Assembly (NCBI GenBank): GCA_039189765.1
Contig: JBCCYL010000022.1
Coordinates: forward strand, 1 to 64,000
Origin: Cyanobacteria bacterium P01_F01_bin.150
GTDB lineage: Bacteria; Cyanobacteriota; Cyanobacteriia; CAKZMO01
Direction of reading: 5' to 3'
DNA: 64,000 nt
Below the pieces are notes generated by a model that saw nothing but the letters and a program-made list of their open reading frames with translations, was not told where the DNA came from and did no database searches. How positions within the stretch are numbered: position 1 is the first letter of the stretch; each line of letters opens with the position of its first letter. This document shows, in pieces, positions 1 to 9,639 of this stretch. The translations under genes were made by a program, and so were the position numbers.

Positions 1-181
1 AAAAAACAATTACAAAAAAAACTCAAAAAAAAAAAATACATTAAAAAATACCTTTTTTTTTGTTTATTTTCTCAATTAAACTGATAAATGCCCGCCACTA
101 TAGTTATCTTGATATTAAAACCTTAATATTCGCTACCAGACACAAGTCAATATACAGATAAATACATTTGTACGCAATATT

Positions 182-3100
182 ATGTATTTTTCAGAAGCCA
201 TAATGCGTATAAACAAGAATAAATCACTTCATAAGAATAACTTTTATTGCATCTTTCCTGATCAAGTATGTCTAAGCATGAAATTTAATTTCAAATCTAC
301 AAGTCAGGCAGCCTATAGTTCTATGCGCAAAGTTTCATATGGCCAAAAAGTTACAGCTCAAATTTATTTCATATTTAAAGTCCTGCTGTATTTAAAGAAG
401 CAATATGAGAATGGAAACCATCCAAAAGGTTTTCTTTTACATGGGGAAAAAGGAAGTGAATTCAGTATAACAGCCAATGATTTGCGCAATCACTTGCTTA
501 ATAGTGAATATAGAAATGAATATGAAAAACATAAAGATACTAAACAAAAATATTATGATGCAGATAAAATAAGTAGTGAAAATATACGTGACAAACTCAG
601 TAAACAGTTTACAGATTTAGAAATATTAGAGCGCAAAAATAAAGATAGTAAAAAGGCAGATCTACATTATAGATTCAGGATATTTGACAAAATCGACGAT
701 AGCGCTAGCTTAGTATTAATTGAAGATTTTATACAAGAAAAGATAGCTCAAAAGAGATCAAGAAAGTTTATACAGGCAAGAGATAAGACAGAATCACCAC
801 GAAATATTCCTTTAGCATCAACATATTTTATTGGTCGAGAGAGTGAAATAGAGACCATATACACATATACAAAAAATAATATATTTATTGTCGCTATTTA
901 TGGAATGGGTGGGATAGGTAAAACAGAAGTTGCACTTCAATTTGCCAAAAAATATATTGATTATTATCCTGGTGGTTTACTATGGATTAAAGCAAGGGAA
1001 AGTGACAACGATATAAATTATATAGCAACTCAAATAGTAAATTTTTCAATACTAGAGCTAGAATTTCAGCCACCTAAATCTTCTGATATCAAAGATCAAG
1101 TTAGGTCCTGCTGGCGTAATTGGTGTAAACGGTATCCTGGCAAGAAACTAGTTATCCTTGATGATGTCACTAACTTTACAGGCTTAGTAGAACCATATTT
1201 GCCATCGGCAATGTCACAATTTCAAATCTTGATCACTACTAGAAATTTAAATATTGCAGAGTCAGAAAAATTCTCTACAGTCTCACTAGATGTATTAAAT
1301 TTAGATATCTCTGTCAAACTCATAAGAAAAATATTAAATTCAGATGATAGAAGAATTGAAAATGAACTAGATCAGATTCATAAATTGTGCAATTTTCTAG
1401 GCAATTTACCATTAGCACTAGAATTAGTTTCAAAATATATAAATAGGCGCAAAAGCCTTTCAGTAAAAAAGATAATGCAAAGACTTGTTGAGGCATCTCA
1501 ACCTCTCAAAGATAAGTCATTAATAGGAACAAGTGTTGGAATCACAAAGCAAGGTATTTCTGCAATTCTCGAGTTAAGTTGGCAAGAGTTAAGCCCTGGA
1601 GCACAGCTATTAGCAACATTACTGGCCTATTTTTCAAATGAATCAATTTATTGGGATTTAGTTGAAGATTGTTTAAATTCACAAGAAATTGAAGACTTAG
1701 AAGAGTTTCGAGATGAAGAACTAATCAATCTTAGCTTTCTCAAAGATAATGGAAATGATAGTTACAATATTCATTCTATCATTCATATGTTTTTCAACTT
1801 AAAGCTAGACATATGTCCTGAAAAAGGAATTCTTAAAGATTCATTTATTCAAGTAATGGTTAAGAATTCTCAAAGTTTCCCAAATTATCCTAGTAAGGAA
1901 GAGATTATTTCATTTTCTCAGATATCCTCTCACATAATAAATCTAGTAAATAAATTTGGTGGATGTCTAGGTGATACATCCACAGAGTTATTCTATATCA
2001 CTAAAGCTCTTGGCTCATTCTATAAATCAAAAGGATACTATAGTGAGGGAATTAATTGGCTTGATAAGTATATAAATATTTTAAATAACATATTCAAGAT
2101 AGAAAATAAGGATGACGATCATATTTTCACTTACATTGAAAATATTACTTTAGGTATATATCAAATCGCAGAGTGTCATGAAGCAAATGCATCTTACAAA
2201 GAAGCTAAAGATTACTATTACCAATTATTAAATTTATTCACTAATCAACTAGGATTGAGTTATTTTTCCGAGCCAATTATAGAAACCATCTCTAGAATTG
2301 GTTCAGTTTACAAAAATGAAGGCGATTATAATAAAGCAGAAGATTTATTTGGGCAAGCATTTAGTTACTCGCAAATGGTTATAGTAGATGGGTTGATTAA
2401 ATACTCAAATAAAAATAAAAATAAGCTAATTACTATACAAGCTTTATACAACCTAGCAGATATCTATCGACTCAAAGGACAATATGAATTGGCTGTGAAA
2501 ACTTTTAACGAGGCCCTAGAGCGTACCCAAAAAGGAGAAGGAGCCAGTAGCACAATATACATTCGAATTCTGAATCAATTAGGTCTAATAGCTCATGAGA
2601 AAAAGGCTCATGAAATGTCAGAAGAATATTTCAAAGCAGCTCTGGATTATATTCAAGATGAAAAAGTAAATGGTCATCCTGATATAGCAACAACAATGAA
2701 CAATATAGGACTATTGTATCAATCAACAGGAAATTATCAAGAGTCCGAACTATTTCATAATAAAGCCTTAGAAATTAGAAAAAAAATCTTTGGAGAAAGT
2801 CATCCTGATATTGCTCAAAGCCTTAATAACTTAGCCTCTCTGTATCGTGATAAAGGTGAATTAGATAAAGCTAAATTATTCTTTGAGATAGCTTTACAGC
2901 AATATCAAATTTTCTTTCATGAAAAACCTCATTTACTTTTAAGTTCCTATCATAGTTTAGCAGAGGTAAATTTTATGATATCGAACTATGACCAAGCTCA
3001 AAATCTCTATGAAGTATGCCTAGACATTATTAATAGCAATACAGTTTTAGATCCAACATATATTAAATTAGCACACATAAATATTCTGAAGCAATTAGGA

Positions 3101-3685
3101 GAAATGTCTGATGAACAAGAATCATATAATAAAGCAGAAAAATATTATCAATCAGCATTAGAAAATTGCCATAATTTAAACGAAGCTCAATTTCAATCTC
3201 ACAACAAAGATAAATATGAATTAACATATGAAATCACTTATCTCTTAGTAGATCTCTATGACAAGCAAGATAGAAGCGATGAATCTATTTTACTTATGGA
3301 AAATACCATCCTCTCACAAAAATCAAAATTCGGAAATAATCATATCTATGTTGCCTACAGTATTAATAAACTTGGGCTTATACATCATCAAAAATTTAAT
3401 TATGAAAAAGCAGAAGAATTATACTTTCAAGCCTTAGAAATTTATCAGAATATTTTAGTTAGTCCAAAAGAAAAAGAAGAGAAAACTATACGGATGATAT
3501 TATCATCTTTTAATAATTTAGGCTTAATTTTATTTCAAAAAGAAAAATATAATGAATCTTTTGAATTGTTAAAAGCAGCCTTAAAGATAGCTGTATCCTA
3601 TTTAGGTGAAAATCATTCAGATACTCTTTACATAATGCAACTCTTATTAACTCTAGAAGACTTATCTGGAATTTCAATAGATTAG
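182..3685 (+). CDS. STAND NTPase (NB-ARC) with C-terminal TPR repeats; bacterial NLR-like protein
   Basis: Walker A GMGGIGKT, Walker B LVILDDV, sensor ILITTR, GNLPLAL motif, then many TPRs (HPDIATTMNNIGLLY). True start may be a downstream Met (e.g. MKFNF at 278). Very AT-rich. Confidence 0.9.
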   Translation: MYFSEAIMRINKNKSLHKNNFYCIFPDQVCLSMKFNFKSTSQAAYSSMRKVSYGQKVTAQIYFIFKVLLYLKKQYENGNHPKGFLLHGEKGSEFSITANDLRNHLLNSEYRNEYEKHKDTKQKYYDADKISSENIRDKLSKQFTDLEILERKNKDSKKADLHYRFRIFDKIDDSASLVLIEDFIQEKIAQKRSRKFIQARDKTESPRNIPLASTYFIGRESEIETIYTYTKNNIFIVAIYGMGGIGKTEVALQFAKKYIDYYPGGLLWIKARESDNDINYIATQIVNFSILELEFQPPKSSDIKDQVRSCWRNWCKRYPGKKLVILDDVTNFTGLVEPYLPSAMSQFQILITTRNLNIAESEKFSTVSLDVLNLDISVKLIRKILNSDDRRIENELDQIHKLCNFLGNLPLALELVSKYINRRKSLSVKKIMQRLVEASQPLKDKSLIGTSVGITKQGISAILELSWQELSPGAQLLATLLAYFSNESIYWDLVEDCLNSQEIEDLEEFRDEELINLSFLKDNGNDSYNIHSIIHMFFNLKLDICPEKGILKDSFIQVMVKNSQSFPNYPSKEEIISFSQISSHIINLVNKFGGCLGDTSTELFYITKALGSFYKSKGYYSEGINWLDKYINILNNIFKIENKDDDHIFTYIENITLGIYQIAECHEANASYKEAKDYYYQLLNLFTNQLGLSYFSEPIIETISRIGSVYKNEGDYNKAEDLFGQAFSYSQMVIVDGLIKYSNKNKNKLITIQALYNLADIYRLKGQYELAVKTFNEALERTQKGEGASSTIYIRILNQLGLIAHEKKAHEMSEEYFKAALDYIQDEKVNGHPDIATTMNNIGLLYQSTGNYQESELFHNKALEIRKKIFGESHPDIAQSLNNLASLYRDKGELDKAKLFFEIALQQYQIFFHEKPHLLLSSYHSLAEVNFMISNYDQAQNLYEVCLDIINSNTVLDPTYIKLAHINILKQLGEMSDEQESYNKAEKYYQSALENCHNLNEAQFQSHNKDKYELTYEITYLLVDLYDKQDRSDESILLMENTILSQKSKFGNNHIYVAYSINKLGLIHHQKFNYEKAEELYFQALEIYQNILVSPKEKEEKTIRMILSSFNNLGLILFQKEKYNESFELLKAALKIAVSYLGENHSDTLYIMQLLLTLEDLSGISID

Positions 3686-3838
3686 AGATATTATCATATT
3701 CTCTCTAGAGATAAAAATAGTCTTTCAGAATATTTTTCAATCAATGTTCAGATACCGTATATTTTATAAGACTAAGCGTCCCTTCAATAAAGTCCATCTG
3801 CTTACCATCACCACAAACAGACTCTCGAAGATACACTC

Positions 3839-4345
3839 TTGATCTGTAAAAAAAACGATATCGCTCCTCATTACCTGCCCAATGATGAGCGGTTTTCCAT
3901 CCTCATCACTACCCGTTTGCAATTTGGGCCTCCGGTACAAGCATTCCCCGTTGATGTGCTCCACCACCAAGCACTAGAAGGTGACTATCAGGAAGACCCG
4001 ATATGGACACTCACCGCTCGGCGAGGTTTAGAAGCAGCCTTCGACCTCACCTGGGAAACACTCAATGCACCCAGCCGCATGTTCGCTAAGATGTTAGGGC
4101 ATTTTGAACCTGGCCCCATCAACTGGCACACAGTGGACATGATGAATCAGATTTTGGCAGAGGAGTATCCCGAAGACATTGGCTATGACCCTGAAAAGAT
4201 GCGTCGCGCCAGGTCTCTTCTCATGAAATACAGTCTCCTTAAACCCTTCGATAAGAAGACCTACAGGCTCCATCCTCTAATCCGTGAATTTTTCCGAGGC
4301 AAGACTACTGACGAGGAGTATTCACGGTATGACGCAACAGCGTGA
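3839..4345 (+). pseudogene. Truncated NB-ARC C-terminal/winged-helix fragment
   Basis: Has ILITTR, AAFDLTW and YRLHPLIREF motifs homologous to the upstream NB-ARC protein, but lacks Walker A/B and the GxPLAL helical segment. GC content rises abruptly near 3770. Confidence 0.65.
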
Positions 4346-5978
4346 ACACAATCACTTCACGGCCCACAATTTAGACCGAATATTTGTCAAAACTCAAGCA
4401 CGAATCGCTACACAACTCCCCTACAATCCCACACAGCAGGAATACCAGGATATTCTCCATGACATTCCACAGATTATTCGGGCCACAAGTCATTTGGACA
4501 ACCTTACGATGGAAGGTGCTTTTATTGAACTGTTCTGGTGTCTGGGCCATTTCTATAACGGACAAGGAGATTACCCAGAAGCAGAGAAGTGGTTACACGA
4601 TGACCTCGAAAAAGCTACTGCAAGCTTTACCCTGTATCACTCGACAGTCGCACGATCCCTCAACCTGCTTGGCATTCTGCATGTGATACAGGGCCAATAT
4701 GAGGAAGCCAAACCACTGTATGAACAGGCGATTGAAATCACGCCACAGATAGTTGATGACGACGAACCCGATATCACCTCCTATCTCAATAATCTTGCAG
4801 CACTCTATTATCACCAAAGCCGATATGACGAGGCGGAGGGGCTTTATTGGGAAGCATTAGACCTCACGACCGAGTTATATGGAGAAGACGATCCAGAACG
4901 AGCTGAGATACTCAATAACTTAGCTACGCTGCTGTATGACCAAGGGCGATTTGAAGACAGTGAAATTGTGTGTCTGGAAGCCCTCGCCATGCTCGAAAAT
5001 GACGAGGAGGAGGAGGAAAACGAATATGAGATTGAACCCCTCACAGCAGAAGTCTTGGGCAATCTCGCTGCTGTCTATCGGTCACAAGGAAAGTATCAGG
5101 AAGCAGAACTTGCCTATAGTGAGGCGTTGACGCTCACCAAACTCTTATTCGGAGAACAACATCGTAGCGTCGGAGTAATGCTCAACAATCTGGGAGAGTT
5201 CTATAAAGAGCGAGGGGATTATCAACAAGCTGAAAACCACTACGCAGAAGCATTGGCGATGCATCAGACCTTATTTGGGGAACTGCACCCCCAAGTCGCC
5301 ACCAGCCTTCATGGTCTCGCTACCATCTACCGTATTCACTATCGCTACGAAGACGCTGAAGAACTGTTTCTACAGGTCTTAACTCTGAGACGACAATTAC
5401 TGGGAGACGACCATAGTGAAGTGGTGGGTACCATGATTAATCTTGCCGCTATCCAGGAAGAACAAGGCCGTTATTCTACTGCGGAGAAGCTCCTACATCA
5501 TGCATTCAACAAAGCAGAGGCTCGCTTCGGTGAAACCCATCCGCTTACCATCACCGCTATGGGGAATTTAGCCTCCCTCTACAGCCAACTTGAGCATTAC
5601 CAGAAATCACAAGAGTTGTTGTTGCGATCACTAGCTCTTGCACGACAAGTCTTCGGTGACACTCATGTCAAAGTTGCAAGGGGTCTGCGTAATACTGCCG
5701 CACTTTGCCGAGCACAAGGCAAATACGAATCGGCCATTGAACTAGGTCGAGAAGCATTAGACATGACAACTGCGCTTGTTGGAGAAGAACATCCAGAGGT
5801 TGTGCCCTGTCTCAAAAGTCTTGCCCTGAGCCATCAAAGCTACCATAACTCCATCATGGCCTGTGCTCTTCTACAGCAAGCTACTGAGATACTCAGCTCG
5901 TTTCTGGGGAGAGACCATCCTGAAACAAAAGCAAACCTCGCTTTACTGGATGAGTGGCAAAGAACAGTTCAAAAATGA
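4329..5978 (+). CDS. TPR-repeat protein (kinesin-light-chain-like TPRs)
   Basis: Repeated LNNLAxLY...QGxYxEAE units. ATG at 4329 is in frame with ORF 4284..5978 and has GAGGAG at 4313-4318. Confidence 0.85.
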   Translation: MTQQREHNHFTAHNLDRIFVKTQARIATQLPYNPTQQEYQDILHDIPQIIRATSHLDNLTMEGAFIELFWCLGHFYNGQGDYPEAEKWLHDDLEKATASFTLYHSTVARSLNLLGILHVIQGQYEEAKPLYEQAIEITPQIVDDDEPDITSYLNNLAALYYHQSRYDEAEGLYWEALDLTTELYGEDDPERAEILNNLATLLYDQGRFEDSEIVCLEALAMLENDEEEEENEYEIEPLTAEVLGNLAAVYRSQGKYQEAELAYSEALTLTKLLFGEQHRSVGVMLNNLGEFYKERGDYQQAENHYAEALAMHQTLFGELHPQVATSLHGLATIYRIHYRYEDAEELFLQVLTLRRQLLGDDHSEVVGTMINLAAIQEEQGRYSTAEKLLHHAFNKAEARFGETHPLTITAMGNLASLYSQLEHYQKSQELLLRSLALARQVFGDTHVKVARGLRNTAALCRAQGKYESAIELGREALDMTTALVGEEHPEVVPCLKSLALSHQSYHNSIMACALLQQATEILSSFLGRDHPETKANLALLDEWQRTVQK

Positions 5979-6458
5979 GATGCTACACGGCTGGCATGGC
6001 AAGCATGACATCAAATAGCGGTTCAATGAGTCTTTCACTTTTCATTAAATAGGTAGAAACAAGATTCAAGTAGTGAAATCACTACGAAAGATAAGCATCT
6101 GAAAATATTTGGTTTTTATTTTCTTATTTTGTAAGTTTTATGCATTTTTCTCTTGACATATTTTTACATGATTTTTCAGATTTACCGAGATGAATTAGAG
6201 AGTGACTCATACATGCATAAAAAGAGGATAAAAACATCAAACAAGAGAAGAGAATAGCATTTCTATAAAGCACTACTAGGTCATTTTAATTTCTTCCACA
6301 TGGGCAAATATAAGCCTAAATTTTCCTTATAAAAACTCATGATATACTAATAAAAATAATTAGATAGTAATTTCGTTATCTAATAAATTTTAAATAATAG
6401 GCTACCCCTCACGACACAAAACGAAAAGGGATAGCCTCCTTAAAAAGGAACATAAATT

Positions 6459-7046
6459 ATGACAACTGAATATGAAAAGTCAACTATTGCAGAATCCAAT
6501 ATTCAAAAACCAGAAGAAGAAAATTTTTCATTAGCTTCACATTCAGCTATTTATGCAGCAGATTTAGCAGATTATAATTCTGGAATTTTAAGAGGAATAT
6601 GGATTCCAATTTTTGAAGATAGTGATAAATATACTATTCAAGATAAAATTCATGAAATGCTAGATGAAAAAGACCATGAAGAATATGCAATTCATGACTA
6701 CAATAATATACCATCTTCAGAACTAGGAGAATATCCAGATTTAGATGATGTCATCAAAGTCGCAAAAGCCGTACATCAGCATGGATATAATTTAATTGAT
6801 CAATACATTAATTCTTTCAGCATAGAAGACTTAAAGGATTTAGAAGATAGATTTTTGGGAATTTATGAAAGTGTAGAAGATTATGCTTACGAATATATAA
6901 ATAGTTGTTATAAAATGGAAAAGATGTTGGGGAATCTTGTACATTATTTTGACTATCAATCTTATGGCAATGATTTAATTCTGGGTGGTGATATTATCAG
7001 CATAAATCTATCAATAGATGAGGTTCTCATATTATCACCATATTAG
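6459..7046 (+). CDS. ardA: Antirestriction protein ArdA (acidic DNA mimic)
   Basis: IYAADLADYNSGILRGIWI, EEYAIHDY and YFDYQSYGNDL motifs typical of ArdA; strongly acidic; AAAGGA RBS upstream. Confidence 0.88.
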   Translation: MTTEYEKSTIAESNIQKPEEENFSLASHSAIYAADLADYNSGILRGIWIPIFEDSDKYTIQDKIHEMLDEKDHEEYAIHDYNNIPSSELGEYPDLDDVIKVAKAVHQHGYNLIDQYINSFSIEDLKDLEDRFLGIYESVEDYAYEYINSCYKMEKMLGNLVHYFDYQSYGNDLILGGDIISINLSIDEVLILSPY

Positions 7047-7068
7047 ATCAATAAAAAATATAAAAAGC

Positions 7069-7099
7069 GAATAACACGATTGTCATAATCGTGTTATTC
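7069..7099. terminator. Stem-loop after ardA
   Basis: GAATAACACGATT-gtcat-AATCGTGTTATTC perfect 13-bp inverted repeat. Confidence 0.5.
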
Positions 7100-7138
7100 A
7101 TTTGTCGATAAAAATTTTACAAATTAGGCGTATAAATC

Positions 7139-7387
7139 ATGAAGATAGAAGAGTTTTTACAAGAATATGGAATAACAGGGTTAACAAAAATGATTCACGG
7201 AATTCTTAAAGATGCCTATTATGAAGGAGTGATAGATAAAAAAGATATTGATTTTGAGGATATATTTCCTTTTCCACCCTCTGAAATCACAGAAGTACAT
7301 TTTTATCATAAAGGAATTGGGGACGGGGTATTTCTCGTCAATAAAGAAGGTAAGAAATACAATTGCTATGGTGAGCTAGTAAAATAA
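7139..7387 (+). CDS. Small acidic hypothetical protein
   Basis: 82-aa ORF co-oriented with ardA in the same AT-rich block; no recognised domain. Confidence 0.6.
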   Translation: MKIEEFLQEYGITGLTKMIHGILKDAYYEGVIDKKDIDFEDIFPFPPSEITEVHFYHKGIGDGVFLVNKEGKKYNCYGELVK

Positions 7388-7420
7388 AATCTCACCAAGT
7401 CTAAAAAATTGCATTAAGGA

Positions 7421-7598
7421 AAAAAGTTATTCTAGCTTTTCCACAGCTAGTGCTCTCAACTCAGCAATCATCCCGCAAAAACCACTGGTCACTAGCTATG
7501 GAAAAGCTAGAATAACTTTTTGATTTATCCACAGATAGCGACTCTACTAGACGGACCTCTGAATGGTCCTCATGATGGTCGCTATCTGTGGATAAATC
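7421..7598. repeat. Two adjacent long inverted repeats with DnaA boxes in the arms
   Basis: Arms 7421-7452/7490-7521 (32 bp, 1 mismatch) and 7522-7542/7578-7598 (21 bp, perfect). TTATCCACA at 7525-7533, TGTGGATAA at 7587-7595, TTTTCCACA at 7437-7445. Confidence 0.85.
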
Positions 7599-7804
7599 CA
7601 TGACTCCCGCTCTCGCTCGATCCCGTTGTCGAGGACTCTGAGGTAGTCATAGCATAGTTTTTCTTCTTGCTACTTGGGTCCACTTCACTTTGCAGATAGA
7701 ATTTTCGTCATACTATAGAGATCTGTATGAGCCACAGTGGAAGCAATCAAATACTACCCCATACTAATTTATCGAATCTTCCTTATTCAATAAAAATTCA
7801 GTCA

Positions 7805-7843
7805 GAATAAAAAAAGAGTACTCACATAATGTGAATACTCTTT
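7805..7843 (-). terminator. Intrinsic terminator directly after the I-F-like unit
   Basis: Minus strand reads GAGTATTCACA-tta-TGTGAGTACTC followed by TTTTTTTATT. Confidence 0.65.
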
Positions 7844-7933
7844 CAAAAGCTGCCTGTTCGGCAGTAAAAAATTACTTATATTAATAAATAATCTTATTTG
7901 AAGCTTTTCTAAACTGCCTGTCCGGCAGTATAC
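7842..7933 (-). CRISPR. Orphan mini-array: two type I-F-like repeats flanking one 36-nt spacer
   Basis: Minus strand: GTATACTGCCGGACAGGCAGTTTAGAAA (7933-7906) and TTTTACTGCCGAACAGGCAGCTTTTGAA (7869-7842). Both resemble the I-F consensus GTTCACTGCCGTATAGGCAGCTAAGAAA with the CTGCC/GGCAG stem intact. No cas operon in the window. Confidence 0.7.
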
Positions 7934-8234
7934 ATGAATTAGATTAACTGATTTCTATTTTAGATTCAAATATTTTTTCAGGATGAATTGCTTTTTAGGT
8001 TGCATTGCTTATACTTCCTCTACTGACATTTTTTATGTTTTAAAAAATATTTTGGTTACATAAACAGTTGTTTAAGCTGCTAAATTTACCCAGTGGCTAC
8101 CCCGTCGGGTATCCTCTGGTAAGCAGTGGTAAATTACCCAGTGTTATATCCATCAATAAGTCAACATACCAAGGCACCGAAGGTGCCAGAGGCATTTCAC
8201 ACAGATGAGGTGAAAAAAGAAGGCCAGGGCAGGT

Positions 8235-9101
8235 TCAGGAAAAGGAAGACTGGTCAGCAATAGAACCATCAAGGCAATACAAATGGTCTCCCATAGCTCC
8301 TGTAGTCGGCTGATGTATAACCTCTCCTAATTCCAGTAGAGATCGCTCTAAATGAAGGGGGATAACTTGCCCAAATTCTCTCACTCGCTCGTCAAAAATA
8401 ACAATCTCACTTTCTCTGACTTCAGCGACCGGGATCTGAGATTGTTCCATAATGCCTTCTGACACTCTTAGCCTAGTCACAGTCTCCAAATGAGTCAGTG
8501 ATGGAACATTTTTACAACCAGCAGAGAGTACATTAAACACGTTGTCATTACTCTGCTCAAGGTGGTGACGAAAATCTAAGCAATATCCAAACTCATCCAA
8601 GTCCTCAATCAATTCACCTACATCTAATCTATCAAGCGGGAGAAATAGCTTAGTTCTTCGGGGATACTGCTCTCGTTCACTCGTCCCATTCAAAGGATCA
8701 CAAATAGTGATGCGTGATCGCCCTCTCTTCGCCACTTGAACAGGGGTCCACACATAAACGGTATGAACACGATAGTCTTCCCAATCAAGAGCATCCATAA
8801 CTCTTCGGCGGTAAATACAGTCAGTTGTCACAGTGGCTGGTGGTGACGGCTCACCCGAAGACTGCTCAGTAGCCTCGACCACCTGTGCTCTCGACATTTC
8901 TTTGAGTGCAGCATCAGTTATCACCCCACGTAACCATTCAATGCGCTCTTTTTGGGATTTAGACCGCACCCATGCATCAATCGACTGTGGGACTTTAACC
9001 GCTAGGGGCTGTTTGGCAAGGGGTTCATCTGGCAACTCAGAGATAGGCTTAAATTGCTTGGTCTTAAACTCAGTCGTTTGTACAGGATGGGGATTCGGCA
9101 T
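8235..9101 (-). CDS. Hypothetical protein with possible N-terminal ribbon-helix-helix-like segment
   Basis: 288-aa ORF. N-terminal PLAVKVPQSIDAWVRSK...EWLRGVI has an RHH-like strand-helix-helix pattern. Confidence 0.65.
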   Translation of the reverse strand: MPNPHPVQTTEFKTKQFKPISELPDEPLAKQPLAVKVPQSIDAWVRSKSQKERIEWLRGVITDAALKEMSRAQVVEATEQSSGEPSPPATVTTDCIYRRRVMDALDWEDYRVHTVYVWTPVQVAKRGRSRITICDPLNGTSEREQYPRRTKLFLPLDRLDVGELIEDLDEFGYCLDFRHHLEQSNDNVFNVLSAGCKNVPSLTHLETVTRLRVSEGIMEQSQIPVAEVRESEIVIFDERVREFGQVIPLHLERSLLELGEVIHQPTTGAMGDHLYCLDGSIADQSSFS

Positions 9102-9130
9102 GGAAGACAGGCATACTTCACAGTTTTGCT

Positions 9131-9193
9131 ATTTTATCCCGGTTACCGTGATATATGGTTACTGATATTGTTTCATGGTTACCGGGATAAAAT
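9131..9193. promoter_or_regulatory. Inverted-repeat operator-like site upstream of 8235..9101
   Basis: ATTTTATCCCGGTTACCGTGA / TCATGGTTACCGGGATAAAAT (21 bp, 2 mismatches); three GGTTAC copies. Confidence 0.5.
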
Positions 9194-9639
9194 TCTGATA
9201 TCAGCCATGACACGCCTTACCAAACACCGAACCACTTGCAACCCCCACCTCACGCAAGAATAAGGAAAAAATTTATTTCCAGCTTTCCCACAAGCCCAAG
9301 GCTCAAATACACGCCTCAAAATAAGTCCTTCCCTTTTGCCATCCAAGCTGTTAACATCCCAAGACTAAAAGGATTTTTATACGGTTCTATTACTACGGGG
9401 ACATAACCCGTGGGCTGTCTTGATTTTCACTCCTGCGGGTTGTTACATGTCCCCGCTTCTCATACCTCTTACCATCGGCCTTCTGCGTGAGGCACACGAT
9501 AGGTCATTACCTACTCCATGCTCGCCGATATGATGTTTGTCATTTTTATGGCCCCAAACGCCCGAAAACTCTTGATTTTTCTCAATCACTCCTGTTAGCC
9601 TTTCGCACCATACGCTGTGTGTTCATGACTTCGCTAAAC

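Noticed and set aside
1..80. Low-complexity A/T runs at the window start
   Set aside because: No interpretable structure; may be poor-quality sequence or simple AT-rich DNA.
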